Shown here: positions 1 to 10,554 of the stretch, piece after piece
Position numbering within the stretch: the first letter of the stretch is position 1
How the letters are laid out: every line of letters begins with the position of its first letter
Assembly (NCBI GenBank): GCA_013265495.1
Contig: MU063790.1
Span: forward strand, 4,402,001 to 4,466,000
DNA length: 64,000 nucleotides
Reading direction: 5' to 3'
From: Vicugna vicugna
Taxonomy: Eukaryota
Notes under the pieces: model-generated
Told to the model about the DNA's origin: nothing
Database searches by the model: none
The model's input: only the letters and a program-made list of their open reading frames with translations
Position numbers and translations under genes: made by a program

Positions 1-1039
1 TCCCAGCGCAGACAGGCCCTCCACAACCCGAGTCCCGCAACAGGACCCCTTCTCCCCTGGCCCAGCAGACTCAGGCCTTAGGTTGACGCAGGGACCTATC
101 CCTCATTCCGGCCCCTGCTCCTTCTCTGGGTGTAAATTGGGCCTGGCCCTTCTTGTTCTTGCCTTCAGAGCTGAAACTCAACCCATGGGACCTGTGGTTG
201 GCTTGACTCAGAGTGGAGCTGACAGGAACAGCTGGCATCTCCTGGGGCCTGATGTGGCAGAGATCAGCGGGACCAGGGGTTCCTGGGGCGCCCGTGGGGG
301 TGCTGTCAGCCCTGGGCTCCATGCTGCTCTGCAGGGGAATCAGACCCACTCCTTCTGCTGGGCTGGTTCCAGCCTCTCTCAGGAGAGGAGAGCCCCTGCC
401 AGCTACGGGCAAAGCCCCCTCCTTGCAGTCTCTCCCCCTAGGCGTCCCCACAGGGCACTGGAATCAGAGGCCACAGTCTATGGAAGCCAGAACAGGGAGG
501 AGTCCCAAGCTGAGGTCGAGGATAAACTGAGAGAAATGACCAAACTACCCTCCACAACACCCAAAAGTTGGGCTGGGGGTGGAGCTGTGGCCTGGGGAGG
601 CCGCCCACAATTACCAGTTTGGGAGTTAGTTAGTTCCCACCCCTCTGAGACTTGACACGTAGTTAGTCTTCACTTCTGGGGAACTGGCTTAAAGGGGCAG
701 TATCACCTAAAACCTGGACCCTTGGCTAAGCCGCTCGCACCACCCTCTGTCATGAGAGCCCCTTCAGAAGGTGGCAGTGGAGCTCAGGCCCATCAGCAAT
801 TGTCAGGGACGTTCGGAGTGTGGTTCGGAGTGTCCTTATTACAACTTTCAGGTGGAGGGAAGCACCAGCTCTTTGGTCCAGTCCTGATTCAGAGGGGAGG
901 GGGCTGACCTGTGGTCACCCAGCAAGGAAGGAAGGTAACCAGGGAATGTGGCAGGTGTGTTCTTCAAAGTTGAAGTACTTTTCATCTTTAAAAATACATT
1001 TGAGTTCAGTCATCTGAGCTCCTGAGCATGCCAGGACAG

Positions 1040-1130
1040 CTTATAGTTACAGAGGGAGAAAGTGAAGCCCAGAGAGGGTGAGAACTTGTCTGAGGTCACA
1101 CAGCGGGTCAGAGACCTGTGATTGGGACCT
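1040..1130 (-). mobile_element. MIR SINE fragment (one example; similar MIR cores at ~5520-5700, 13300-13430, 22005-22085, 41740-41885, 47020-47330, 48255-48360)
   Basis: acagagggagaaagtgaagcccagagagggtgagaacttgtctgaggtcacacagc resembles the MIR core consensus; boundaries approximate. Confidence 0.6.
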
Positions 1131-1282
1131 GGCTGCCTGTCTTCCTCTGTAGCACACCTGCCTCCTCTGCTTCCGGGAGAGGCCAGCCTCACAGATGTTG
1201 GTGCTCCAGGGGTCAAGGCTGCCTGGGGCTTTGGTCCTTCTCTGGCTGTGCCCCCTCACCCTTCTTCCTCCTGTGTCCCCAG

Positions 1283-1393
1283 GTGTGCCACGGACCACAA
1301 TGTGGACAACACCACAGAGATGCTTCAGGAGTGGCTGACTGCTGTGGGCGATGACTATGCAGCTGTGGTCTGGAGGCCCGAGGGGGAGCCCAG
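1283..1393 (+). CDS. CERCAM: CERCAM exon 2
   Basis: ccccag|GTGTGCC...GAGCCCAG|gtagtg; [18 protein letters not shown]...EGEPR. Confidence 0.93.
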
Positions 1394-4300
1394 GTAGTGA
1401 TCTGAGGGGAAATGTTCTGGGGAAGATGGGCACCAGCTGTAGCCCAGAGAGGAAGAGGGACAGCCCCGAGCCACACACAGCCTCCAGGCCAGGGCTCTGT
1501 CCACTGCCCTGCAGAGACTGGGACCACACGCACCTACCCTATGAGAACATCTCATCCCTTTACCCTCTCAGGCTCTACCCAGACGAAGAAGGCCCTAAGC
1601 ACTGGACCAAAGAGAGGCACCAGTTTCTGATGGAGCTGAAACAGGAAGCCCTGACCTTTGCCAGGGACTGGGGGGCTGACTATATCTTGGTAAGAAAGCC
1701 CGGCCTTTGTTTGGGCTTCCCACAGACGGTGGCATCTGTCCTTGACAGAAGTCTTGGCAGAACTTAACCACATGTAGTCTGGATCCTTCAGCTAGCAACC
1801 TGGGTCGGAACCCAGAGCGGACATCCCTATGCTTGAGCTCAGACTAAGTACTAAGCCTGGATCCCTGCGGCAGATCCCAGGATATGTCCTGAGGCTCGAT
1901 CCCTGGACTAGAGCCCAGAGTATAAACTGAGCCTGCTTCACTGGACTAGAGCTCAGAATAGGTCTTTGGATTTACTGCCTAAAACTTAAGATAAAGTTCT
2001 TAATCAGCAACTCAGCTATAATCTGTGGATCTAATCCCTGAACCAGTGCCCTAGACTAGATCCTTAGTCTAGAAATGGTTCTACTGGTTTGTAGGTTAGA
2101 CCTTTCTAAGAGAACCCCATTGGATCCTGGGAGACATTCTACATCTCTGGAAATCTGGAGAGATCCCATTCAGTGAATCCTTGGGGGACTGCAGCCCACA
2201 CAAGGCTGGAACCTGTGACAGTCCCCTCCCAAAGTTTGCAGATACAGACAACATTCTGACCAACAACCAGACCCTGCGGCTTCTGATCGAGCAGGGGCTG
2301 CCTGTGGTGGCCCCTATGCTGGACTCTCAGACCTACTACTCCAATTTCTGGTGTGGGATCACCCCCCAGGTAAGGCTGGGGACGGGGTCCTCAGGAGGCT
2401 TGAGGTCTGAGAGGAAACCCGGGGAGGGGAGACAGCCTAGAGGCCTCGGGGTCTCTAGGCCACGGCTGGGGAGCAGTGTGCTGGGGACGAAGGGGCGCCC
2501 TCTCACAGCCAAAGCCACCCCTTCCCCAGGGCTACTACCGCCGCACAGCTGAGTACTTCCCCACCAAGAACCGCCAGCGCCGGGGATGCTTCCATGTCCC
2601 CATGGTCCACTCCACTTTCCTGGTCTCCCTGAGGGCTGAGGAGACAGACCAGCTCGCCTTCTATCCCCCTCACCCCAACTATACCTGGCCCTTCGACGAC
2701 ATCATTGTCTTCGCCTACGCCTGTCAGGCTGCTGGTGAGGACAGCTCTCCTTGAGCATTCCTTCGAGGCCTCTAGGCCTTTGCACATGCTGTTCCCCCTG
2801 CTTTGCATGCCCTTCCCCACTCCACAATGCATCTTGTTAACTAACTCCTGTTTGTCCTTCAGGCCATAGCATTTTTCGAGCCCACTGCCCCAGTAGTTTA
2901 GATGTCCTTCTGGCTGTCCCCATCATGGCACCTTCATGTATTCCTTCATTAGGCAAATATTTATAGAACACCTACCAGGTGCCAGACACTGGGGAGGCAG
3001 TGGTGAGTAAAATCAGGCAGTCCTTGTCCTCCTGGATCCTCTTCCAGTCAAAGGGTCACACAAATCAGTGTCCAATCACAATGATTATAAGTTGTTCTGG
3101 GAGCTTAGACTAGAGTTGATCTAGTCAAGGAAGGCTTCCTGAAGGTTATAAACTTTGGGGCTGAGATCTAAAGCACGAGTAGGCAGAGCAGGAAAGAGCA
3201 TTTCAAACAATGGGACCAGCAGGTGCAAAGGCCCTGTGGTTGCAGGGAACACAAGAAGGCAGGTGGCAGGAGCACAGTAAGTGAGGAGGCTATGGTGCAG
3301 ATTGAGGCAGGAAAGGTAGTCAGGGCCAGCTTGTGTGGTCCTGACTGGCAAGAGTCTGGTCTTTAGCCTGTGAGTGTCAGGCAGCCATCAGCAGATCATG
3401 TGACTGGATTTGAACACTGAAAAAAATCATTCTGCTATGGGTAGTTATTTTTAAGATGAAAGTTACTAGAAAGTGTTTGGGTTTGGATGGGATAAACCCA
3501 GTTCTGAGGAAGAATTGAAGTTGAGAGCAAGACAGAGACACTGATGTCAGAGTAAGGATCTTGAGAAGGCGACAGGCTGTAATTCACAGCATGGATTGAC
3601 AGGTGGTAAGGACATGAAGACTGGTGGGTGGAGAACTTTGCTGGTGGTCAGAGTGAATTAGAAGTGACAATTTAGTCAAGAAGTGTTGCCCCCCAAGCAA
3701 GCAGTGTGTGAGGTGTGGCCAAGCAAGCGAGTGTTGTCATCATCTTTTTTGTGCGCAAAGTTTTGGTGACATCTGTAGTGCAGACATGCAGGAAGAAAAA
3801 CAAATCTTATCAAGTGCAAAAAGTGAGTGAAGGGAAACAAATACATGGAGAGAAAAATGAGAAGAAGGAAAGGTATTTCCTTATTATTGCATTCCTATTT
3901 CTACTTTGAGTATCAGCTACTGTTAACTGGTCAGTGGTTTGAAGGAATTTAGTGAGTGGCGGTTTCGTTTCCATCATTCACACTTCCGACACCTGCACTG
4001 GGCCAGGCTCTGTGCCCAATGCTGGGTGTGGGATTAACTCTCCTATAGATACCGTGTGTCTGCCCTTGAGGATTCACAGCCTATAGAAGATAAAGGCTAA
4101 ATAAATGATTATAATAAAGATGTCAAACACTGAAGAAATAAAAAAGGCCACTCTGGTTGCCAGGTGGAGGACAGCATGGCGGGGACAGGAGAGGCGTAGG
4201 GATCTGGGCAAGATGTGATGGTGCCCAGATCTGGGCCAGGGGGGATGGGCAGAGGTGGGAGAGATTTAAGGGGTGGAGTGACGCCTGGTGGCATCAGGTG

Positions 4301-7300
4301 GCTGTAGCCAGGTGAGAGTTTGCCTGCTCCTTTCTCACCTGGATCCCCGAAGGGCAGGGACTGTCTGTCTTGCTCACCACCCCAGCGTGCAGCTGGTGCT
4401 CTAGACATGTCTGTTGAATGAATAAACCACCTCCGCAGAAAGGTCCCGTAGATATTGTTTGAGCCAAGCCCTTTCTCCCTCCAGCCCCAGAGGTGGGGAT
4501 GCCAGGTCCCAGAGAGGACCCACATGTGGGGTCATAGGACCTCTCAGCTGGGTCCTGAATGCCCTACCCTTCACTCCAGCACTCTCTTGGCCTCTCTTCT
4601 CAGGGGTCTCAGCCCACGTGTGCAACGAGCACCGTTATGGATACATGAACGTGCCTGTGAAATCTCACCAGGGTCTGGAGGATGAGAGAGTCAACTTCGT
4701 CCACCTGATCTTGGAAGCGCTGGGTGAGGGCTGGAAGCCAGTGCGCCTGCCTGCCTCCGCCACTCCCCGCCTCCCCACCTGCCCCTTCTCCTCAGCCCAG
4801 ACCTGGCTGGGGGGTGGGCTTGGATCTTAGCCCCCCCTCAATTCATTCCCTGGCTCTGGGGCAAGTCCCTTTCCCCAGTGGGCCTCAGCCTGCCCATCTC
4901 TGTAATGGAGACAAGTGGATTCTGTGATCTCCTGCTGAGCATTCTGCCAAGGGGGCAGGAGTGAGGTGGGGGAGGGATCACTGCTGACAAGAGCCAGCAG
5001 GGACTCATGATGGGCGTGCTTTCCTCTGCAGTGGATGGGCCCCCCATGTGGGCATCAGTGCATGTCTCCAGGCCCCCAAAGAAGCCCAGCAAGATGGGGT
5101 TTGATGAGGTATGTGCCCCCAGCCTGCAGGATTGGGGCCAGGAGGTGGGTGGGCTCTTCCCTCCCCCTGCACCTACCCCCCTACCTCCTCCAGGTCTTTG
5201 TCATCAGCCTGGCCCGCCGGCCCGACCGCCGGGAGCGCATGCTGAGTTCGCTCTGGGAGATGGAGATCTCTGGGCGGGTGGTGGACGCCGTGGATGGCCG
5301 GTGAGGCTTTCTGGGTGGGGACAGGGCCCTGGGCAGCTGAGGGGACAGGTGGTCCATCAGACCTCCCTGGGGGTGGGAAAAGCAGAGGATGAGTTGAAGG
5401 GGTTTCCTGTTCCAGGAGGTATTCAAACAGGGCCTGAGCAGATCTGTCTCAGGGAGTCCCAGGGCAGAGGAAAAGGACAGCCCACCCAAGGGAGGAGAGT
5501 GCAGCGGTGAAGGCCCAGGCTCTGGAGCTCCTGGGCTTGGGCTCCAGCTCTGCCACTTACCAGCTGTGTCACCTCCAGCAAGTCACCCCATCTCTCAGCC
5601 CCACTGTGTAAATGACAAGTAACTGTGCCTTCTTCTTAGGGGTTTGTAAGGGTTCAGTGAAGACTTAGCCAGGGCCTGACACATAGTAAGTATTCCAAGG
5701 GTTAATAATATCTTCATTTTTATTATTAGGGTTATTCTTTTCCTTTCTGAACTTAGATCCCTGATGAGTGGTGGGAGGAGCAGGCCAGTCATGTTCCCCA
5801 GGGAACCAGGGGTCCCACGGCCCCGCGTGCCTCACTGCTCTTTGCTGCATATGCACCAGCCCTCTTGAGTGCTGGACGTCCGTCCTTTGCTTTTGCCTCT
5901 GCCTAAGAATTATCTGCCGTTTGCCCCACATTCATCCTGGGGTGTATCCCCCTCAGGCTGCTGCCCCCACCTTAGGATCCCCCGCGCCCAAGGCGGCTAC
6001 AGTTTCCCAGGAGATGGCTTCAGGCCACACGACGCCTCCTTCAAACCAGACTCCAGTGTGACTGTCTGCAACTTGCAAAGGCCGTGTGCTTCTGGACGGG
6101 TCCCTGGCGGGCACCCCTGACCCCACTACCCCGTCTCCCTCAGGATGCTCAACAGCAGTGTTATGCGGAGCCTCGGCGTAGATCTGCTCCCTGGCTACCA
6201 GGACCCCTACTCAGGCCGCACGCTGACCAAGGGTGAGGTGGGCTGCTTCCTCAGCCACTACTCCATCTGGGAGGAGGTGAGGACCCTACCCTCTTGGCCG
6301 GTGCCCTCAGGGAGAGCAGGGGCCTGTGACCAGTGGGTGACCGAACATGCTAATGAAGACCCGGCCAGCAGCTTTAAGCTTCCCATGTGCCCAGCCCTCT
6401 ACCTTATTCCTCCTGCAGTCTCCACTGAGCACCTACTGTGTGCTAGGAGATCAGGTCTAAGAATACAGAGGTGAGCAAGGAGAATGCAGCCCTGGCCCTC
6501 CTGGGGCTCAAGGATCAGAGCGGCACCCAGAAGTCAAGAAAGATCTCAGCTTGTGGTGGAGGGGGTAGTGTACAGGCTGTTCGAAAGTGTGGACTCCTGG
6601 CCTGGTATGGGTTCAGGGGGGGCCTCCTCCTTGAGGGGCAGGGACAGGAGTCTTCTCAACAGAGGAAAATGGTGGGGGCAAAGGCCCTGGGGTGGAAGGA
6701 GTTGGATGCGTTGGGATGTGAGAAGGAGAAGGTCCTCGGGCTTGACTCCAATGGCCCAGGGCTGGGGGCGTGAGTGCTGCATGGACATGGCAGGAGAGGA
6801 CTTGGGACTGGTCCTCCAAGGGGCGTCCCCTCCAGGATGTGGTGCACAGACCCACTCTTTGTTTCTATTTTCTACTGTAGCCAAAATATATGCAGTGAGC
6901 TTGTATTTCTGTTTTTCTGCTGTCTCTGAACAGATGGAAGGATATCTGCATCTCACCATTTACTGAGTGGATTTCATCTTCTTTTCACATTTCTAAAAGT
7001 TACAAAAAGTATTTTTCTTAGGGATGTTGGGGGCCAGGGTCTTCCCCGACCCCCACCCAGCCCAGCTTCCTTTAGGAAAGCTCAGGAGGCAGAAGTGAGG
7101 AACCGGGCCCTGGGGTCCAGCAGGTGCATGTTCAGATCCCAGTTCTGCTGCTTCCTAGCTGTGTGTCGTCGAGCAAGTGGTCTCACCTCCCTGTGTCTCC
7201 ATCTCCTTCCCGCAGTATGGAGGGGCCCTGTGGCCCCTGGGATGTAGTAGGGCCCAGTGACGGCAGAGGGATCCTGACTGCCATCGTGATCTGCATGGAG

Positions 7301-8681
7301 AGCTAGACTGGGGGCCTGCAGGGCCTTGAATGCCATGTTTGAGCAAGGTGTTGGGATTTCAATCCCCAGGCGGTGGGAGCCCCAGCAAGCTTTGGAGCGG
7401 CTGAGTGACACAGCCAGGGTTAGCATTTGGCCTATAGTTGAGGCCAGGAGAGTCTGTCAGGGTCAACCAGGTGGAAGGGGACAGCCCGAGTCTAAAGAGT
7501 CACCCCCCAACCCCCATGTACCACAGGTGGTTGCCCGGGGCCTGGCCCAGGTCGTGGTGTTTGAGGATGACGTGCGCTTTGAGAGCAACTTCAAGGGGCG
7601 GCTGGAGCGGCTGATGGAGGAGGTGGAGGCAGAGAAACTTCCTTGGGACCTGATGTAGGCAGCCTGTGACCCCGGGGCAAGGGAGAGGGGTAGGCCTCTG
7701 GGGGTCTGCCTGCTCCTGCTTGGAGCCCTGGCTAGACCTCCCTGCCCCTGAACTGGCCCTGTAGATGGGGTAGGGGGAAGGGTCCTGTGACACCTACAGT
7801 GACTTCTGGGACCCCTGGTGTCACCTGTAGCTACCTCGGCCGGAAGCAGGTGAACCCTGAGGAGGAGGCAGCCGTGGAGGGGCTGCCGCACCTGGTGGTG
7901 GCCGGGTACTCCTACTGGACACTGGCATACGTCCTGAGCCTGGCTGGCGCCCGCAAGCTGCTAGCCTCACAGCCCCTGCGCCGAATGCTCCCTGTGGATG
8001 AGTTCCTGCCCATCATGTTTGACCAGCATCCCAAGTGAGCCTCAGATGGGGGCAGGCCAGGGTCATGTGAGGGCACCTCAGCAAGTAGTAAGCCCCGTCG
8101 CTGGGTGGGTAGGGAGACTGAGGCTGGCAGGGGTGAGTCCTTTCCTTCGGGTCTCCAAGGAATAGCCCTGCTTAGCCTCGGAGTCAGACCAGTCTGTGTG
8201 AATTCTGTGATGCCCTGTGGTTTTCAGTCAAGAGACTTTCCTGTTCTGAGCCTCAGCTTCCCCATCTGGAAAATGGGGATGAGAGAAATCCCGCCTCATT
8301 TTTGTTGTGAGGACCAGATGGGGAGGGCGGTCAGGTGCTTCAGGGGTGAGGTGCCTGGCTCTGGGCTGGCATGGATCTGGGTGAAGGGGCCTGTCTCAGT
8401 GCCTCTGAGCCATCCTCCCGCCTCCCAGCGAGGAGTACAAGGCACACTTCTGGCCGCGGGACCTGCGAGCCTTCTCAGCCCGGCCTCTGCTCGCTGCACC
8501 CACCCATTATGCCGGGGACGCTGAGTGGCTCAGTGACACAGAGACATCCTCGCCCTGGGATGACGACAGTGGCCGCCTCATCAGCTGGACTGGCTCTTAC
8601 AAGACCCTGCGTGGACCCCGCTTGGACCTGGCCGGCAGCAGTGGGCACAGCCTCCATCCCCACCCCCGGGACGAGCTCTAG
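1283..8681 (+). CDS. CERCAM: CERCAM (inactive glycosyltransferase 25 family member 3), coding exons 2-12; exon 1 lies upstream of the window
   Basis: 11 GT-AG exons with consistent phase: 1283-1393, 1572-1689, 2235-2369, 2530-2734, 4604-4723, 5032-5108, 5194-5300, 6144-6276, 7527-7654, 7831-8034, 8429-8681. They total 1591 nt; adding a 197-nt exon 1 as in human gives 595 aa. Peptides include [33 protein letters not shown] and C-terminal RDEL*. Confidence 0.96.
1572..1689 (+). CDS. CERCAM: CERCAM exon 3
   Basis: tctcag|GCTCTAC...ATCTTG|gtaaga; [39 protein letters not shown]. Confidence 0.93.
2235..2369 (+). CDS. CERCAM: CERCAM exon 4
   Basis: ccaaag|TTTGCA...CCCCAG|gtaagg; [45 protein letters not shown]. 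Confidence 0.93.
2530..2734 (+). CDS. CERCAM: CERCAM exon 5
   Basis: ccccag|GGCTAC...GCTG|gtgagg; [31 protein letters not shown]...FAYACQAA. Confidence 0.93.
2945..3430 (-). mobile_element. L2 LINE 3' fragment
   Basis: Starts ttcattaggcaaatatttatagaacacctaccaggtgccagacactgg, the typical reverse-complement L2 3' end; boundaries approximate. Confidence 0.6.
4604..4723 (+). CDS. CERCAM: CERCAM exon 6
   Basis: tctcag|GGGTCTC...GCTGG|gtgagg; [39 protein letters not shown]. Confidence 0.93.
5032..5108 (+). CDS. CERCAM: CERCAM exon 7
   Basis: ctgcag|TGGATG...GATGAG|gtatgt; [25 protein letters not shown]. Confidence 0.9.
5194..5300 (+). CDS. CERCAM: CERCAM exon 8
   Basis: ctccag|GTCTTT...GGCCG|gtgagg; [36 protein letters not shown]. 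Confidence 0.93.
6144..6276 (+). CDS. CERCAM: CERCAM exon 9
   Basis: cctcag|GATGCTC...GAGGAG|gtgagg; [44 protein letters not shown]. Confidence 0.93.
7527..7654 (+). CDS. CERCAM: CERCAM exon 10
   Basis: ccacag|GTGGTT...CTGAT|gtaggc; [42 protein letters not shown]. Confidence 0.93.
7831..8034 (+). CDS. CERCAM: CERCAM exon 11
   Basis: ctgtag|CTACCTC...CCCAA|gtgagc; [36 protein letters not shown]...FDQHP. Confidence 0.93.
8429..8681 (+). CDS. CERCAM: CERCAM exon 12 (last coding exon; ends RDEL-TAG at the splice donor)
   Basis: tcccag|CGAGGAG...GAGCTCTAG|gtgagg; [30 protein letters not shown]...HPHPRDEL*. Confidence 0.93.
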
Positions 8682-9046
8682 GTGAGGGCAGAGCCCGGAT
8701 GAGGCCCCTGGCTCCATGGGCCTGGGTCTTCTCTCCCCTTCAACGGCTGACTGTGTCTGAGTCTCAGTTTTCCCTTCTCAGCCTGTCTTCTCTCTCTCCC
8801 TCTCTGTCTCTGTAGCTTTGGCTGTGTCTGCATTTCTCTCTCCACCTCCAGCTCCCATTCTCTCTGCCTGTCTCTGTCTCTCTGTATTGGTTGATGTCTC
8901 TCTGTTTCTGATTCTGTGACTCCAGCTTGTGCGCACTCTCTCTCTCTCTGTTGCTGACTATCTCTATGTCTGTCTCTGTCTCTGCCTCTTGCTGTCCAAC
9001 TCTAGTTCTTCCTACTTCTCTCCTCTTACCTCTCTTGTCCCACCAG

Positions 9047-9545
9047 GTCTAGGTGGTGACCCCAGAGGAGCAGCCAGGGGCTGGCTCTCCAGGGAGCAGA
9101 ACAGGAGCCACCACCAGGAACCACAGACCCAGCAGAGATCTGGCTGCCCCCTTGAGCGTGGCCACTCTGCCCTCGGGACCCGTCTTACATTGGGAGAAAC
9201 CACTCAGAGATGAGTCCCCTTCCCTGAAGGTCACGGAACACAAGGGCAGGGCTCGCAGGGCCTCCTACTTTGCCTGGCCTGATTCAGTGCCTGGGATGGA
9301 GGGAATAAGGCGGGCTCCCCAGCCTGCAGTTTCAAGCTGGGCAGACTCAGGAGCCCTGCCCCGCCCCCAGGGACCCAGCTGCTGAGGCCCCTCTGCCCCC
9401 TTCTACCTCCACCTCAGCTCCCCACCCAGGTTGACGCCTGGGTCTCACCTGCCACCCTCTTCCCTGGCCAGTGGGAAGTGCAGGGAGGTGGGAGGAGGAC
9501 CCAGCACACAGCAGGCGCTCAATAAAAGCTGGCTGGTATTGCACT
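9047..9545 (+). other. CERCAM: CERCAM terminal non-coding exon (3' UTR)
   Basis: Long CT-rich tract, then ccaccag| at 9046; AATAAA at 9521-9526. The 3' end is approximate. Confidence 0.7.
9521..9526 (+). terminator. CERCAM polyadenylation signal AATAAA
   Basis: ctcAATAAAagct followed by a T-rich downstream element (ttatacttttttaa). Confidence 0.8.
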
Positions 9546-10554
9546 TTATACTTTTTTAACTCATGGCTGAGCCTCTTTGCGTGTCCTGATGTCTGAGAGG
9601 GAGGCGTTCCCTATCTATGGAGAGACAGAGACGGGAGGGCCGCCTAGAGGAGGAGTCAGGTGATCAGGCATCACCTTCTTAGTCTACTTCTTGGTAAAGT
9701 GGAGGTGAGAGAAGTAGTTCACTGGCCCCAGGGGGTAAAAGCATCTGGGCCTGGACCGCAGCCCACAGGGAGTGCTCACCCACTGGGGCTGTCATGGTCA
9801 TCACCAGCCTCACCCTGAGGTGGGCCCAGGCCATACCCAGGGCTGCCAAGGCCTCCCTGCCTTTGGATTTTCACTTGTGCGGTTGGAACCCCTCCCCTGG
9901 AAGTGGCTCTTCTCCTGCCCTCACCAGCGTGGCCACCAGAGAGCGTAAGGTGGCAGAACCTGTACCTTGTGTCCCAGGGCGCCCTCTGCTGGTCTGGGGC
10001 CCACAACGGGAAGGGAACCTGGGGCATTTGGAACCTGCCCCTGTGCCCTGGGTTACCTGCAGCTGCTTTACCTTCTGCTCTTCTGCTTGAGAACTGCTGG
10101 CCTTCCTCCCTCCCCACCCTTACAGGATCAGGCTTCTGGGCCCAGCAGCTGTCTCCAGTGCCTGCACTCAGGCAGCCAGAGGGGTGGGGAGGTGGCTCCT
10201 TGCCTTGGTTATGGCTGCTGTGGCCTCCCCCAGCGCGGCACTGTGGCACCCGCATCTTCAGGTTTCATTCTTCAGAGGAGCCCCTCCCCCGTGCAGCCCC
10301 TTGACTTGGTCGTGTAAGCTCCTGGGCCTGGCAGAGTCGGTCAGGCACCCCCTGGGACTGGGCTTTCCTTTGTCCCGTCCTGGGGATGAGGTCCAGCTGG
10401 CCCAGCTGTGGTTCCAGAGCCTGGCAGAGTTATGAGAAGAGCTTTGGGCCAGAGCCGTAGGATTGGTGCTTTGTTCATTCCAAGACCAAAAATCATTGAT
10501 TCTGGGTGGCTGTGACCTTGAGCAAGTCCCTTCTCTTTAGGCTTCAGGCATCCC

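Noticed and set aside
83-655. 190-aa + strand ORF and overlapping ORFs at the window start
   Set aside because: GC-rich CERCAM intron 1 with no splice logic or recognisable homology; such ORFs are expected by chance
6860-7020. AT-rich island with an acceptor-like tract followed by ATG in CERCAM intron 9
   Set aside because: No matching donor or frame support; more likely an old repeat fragment
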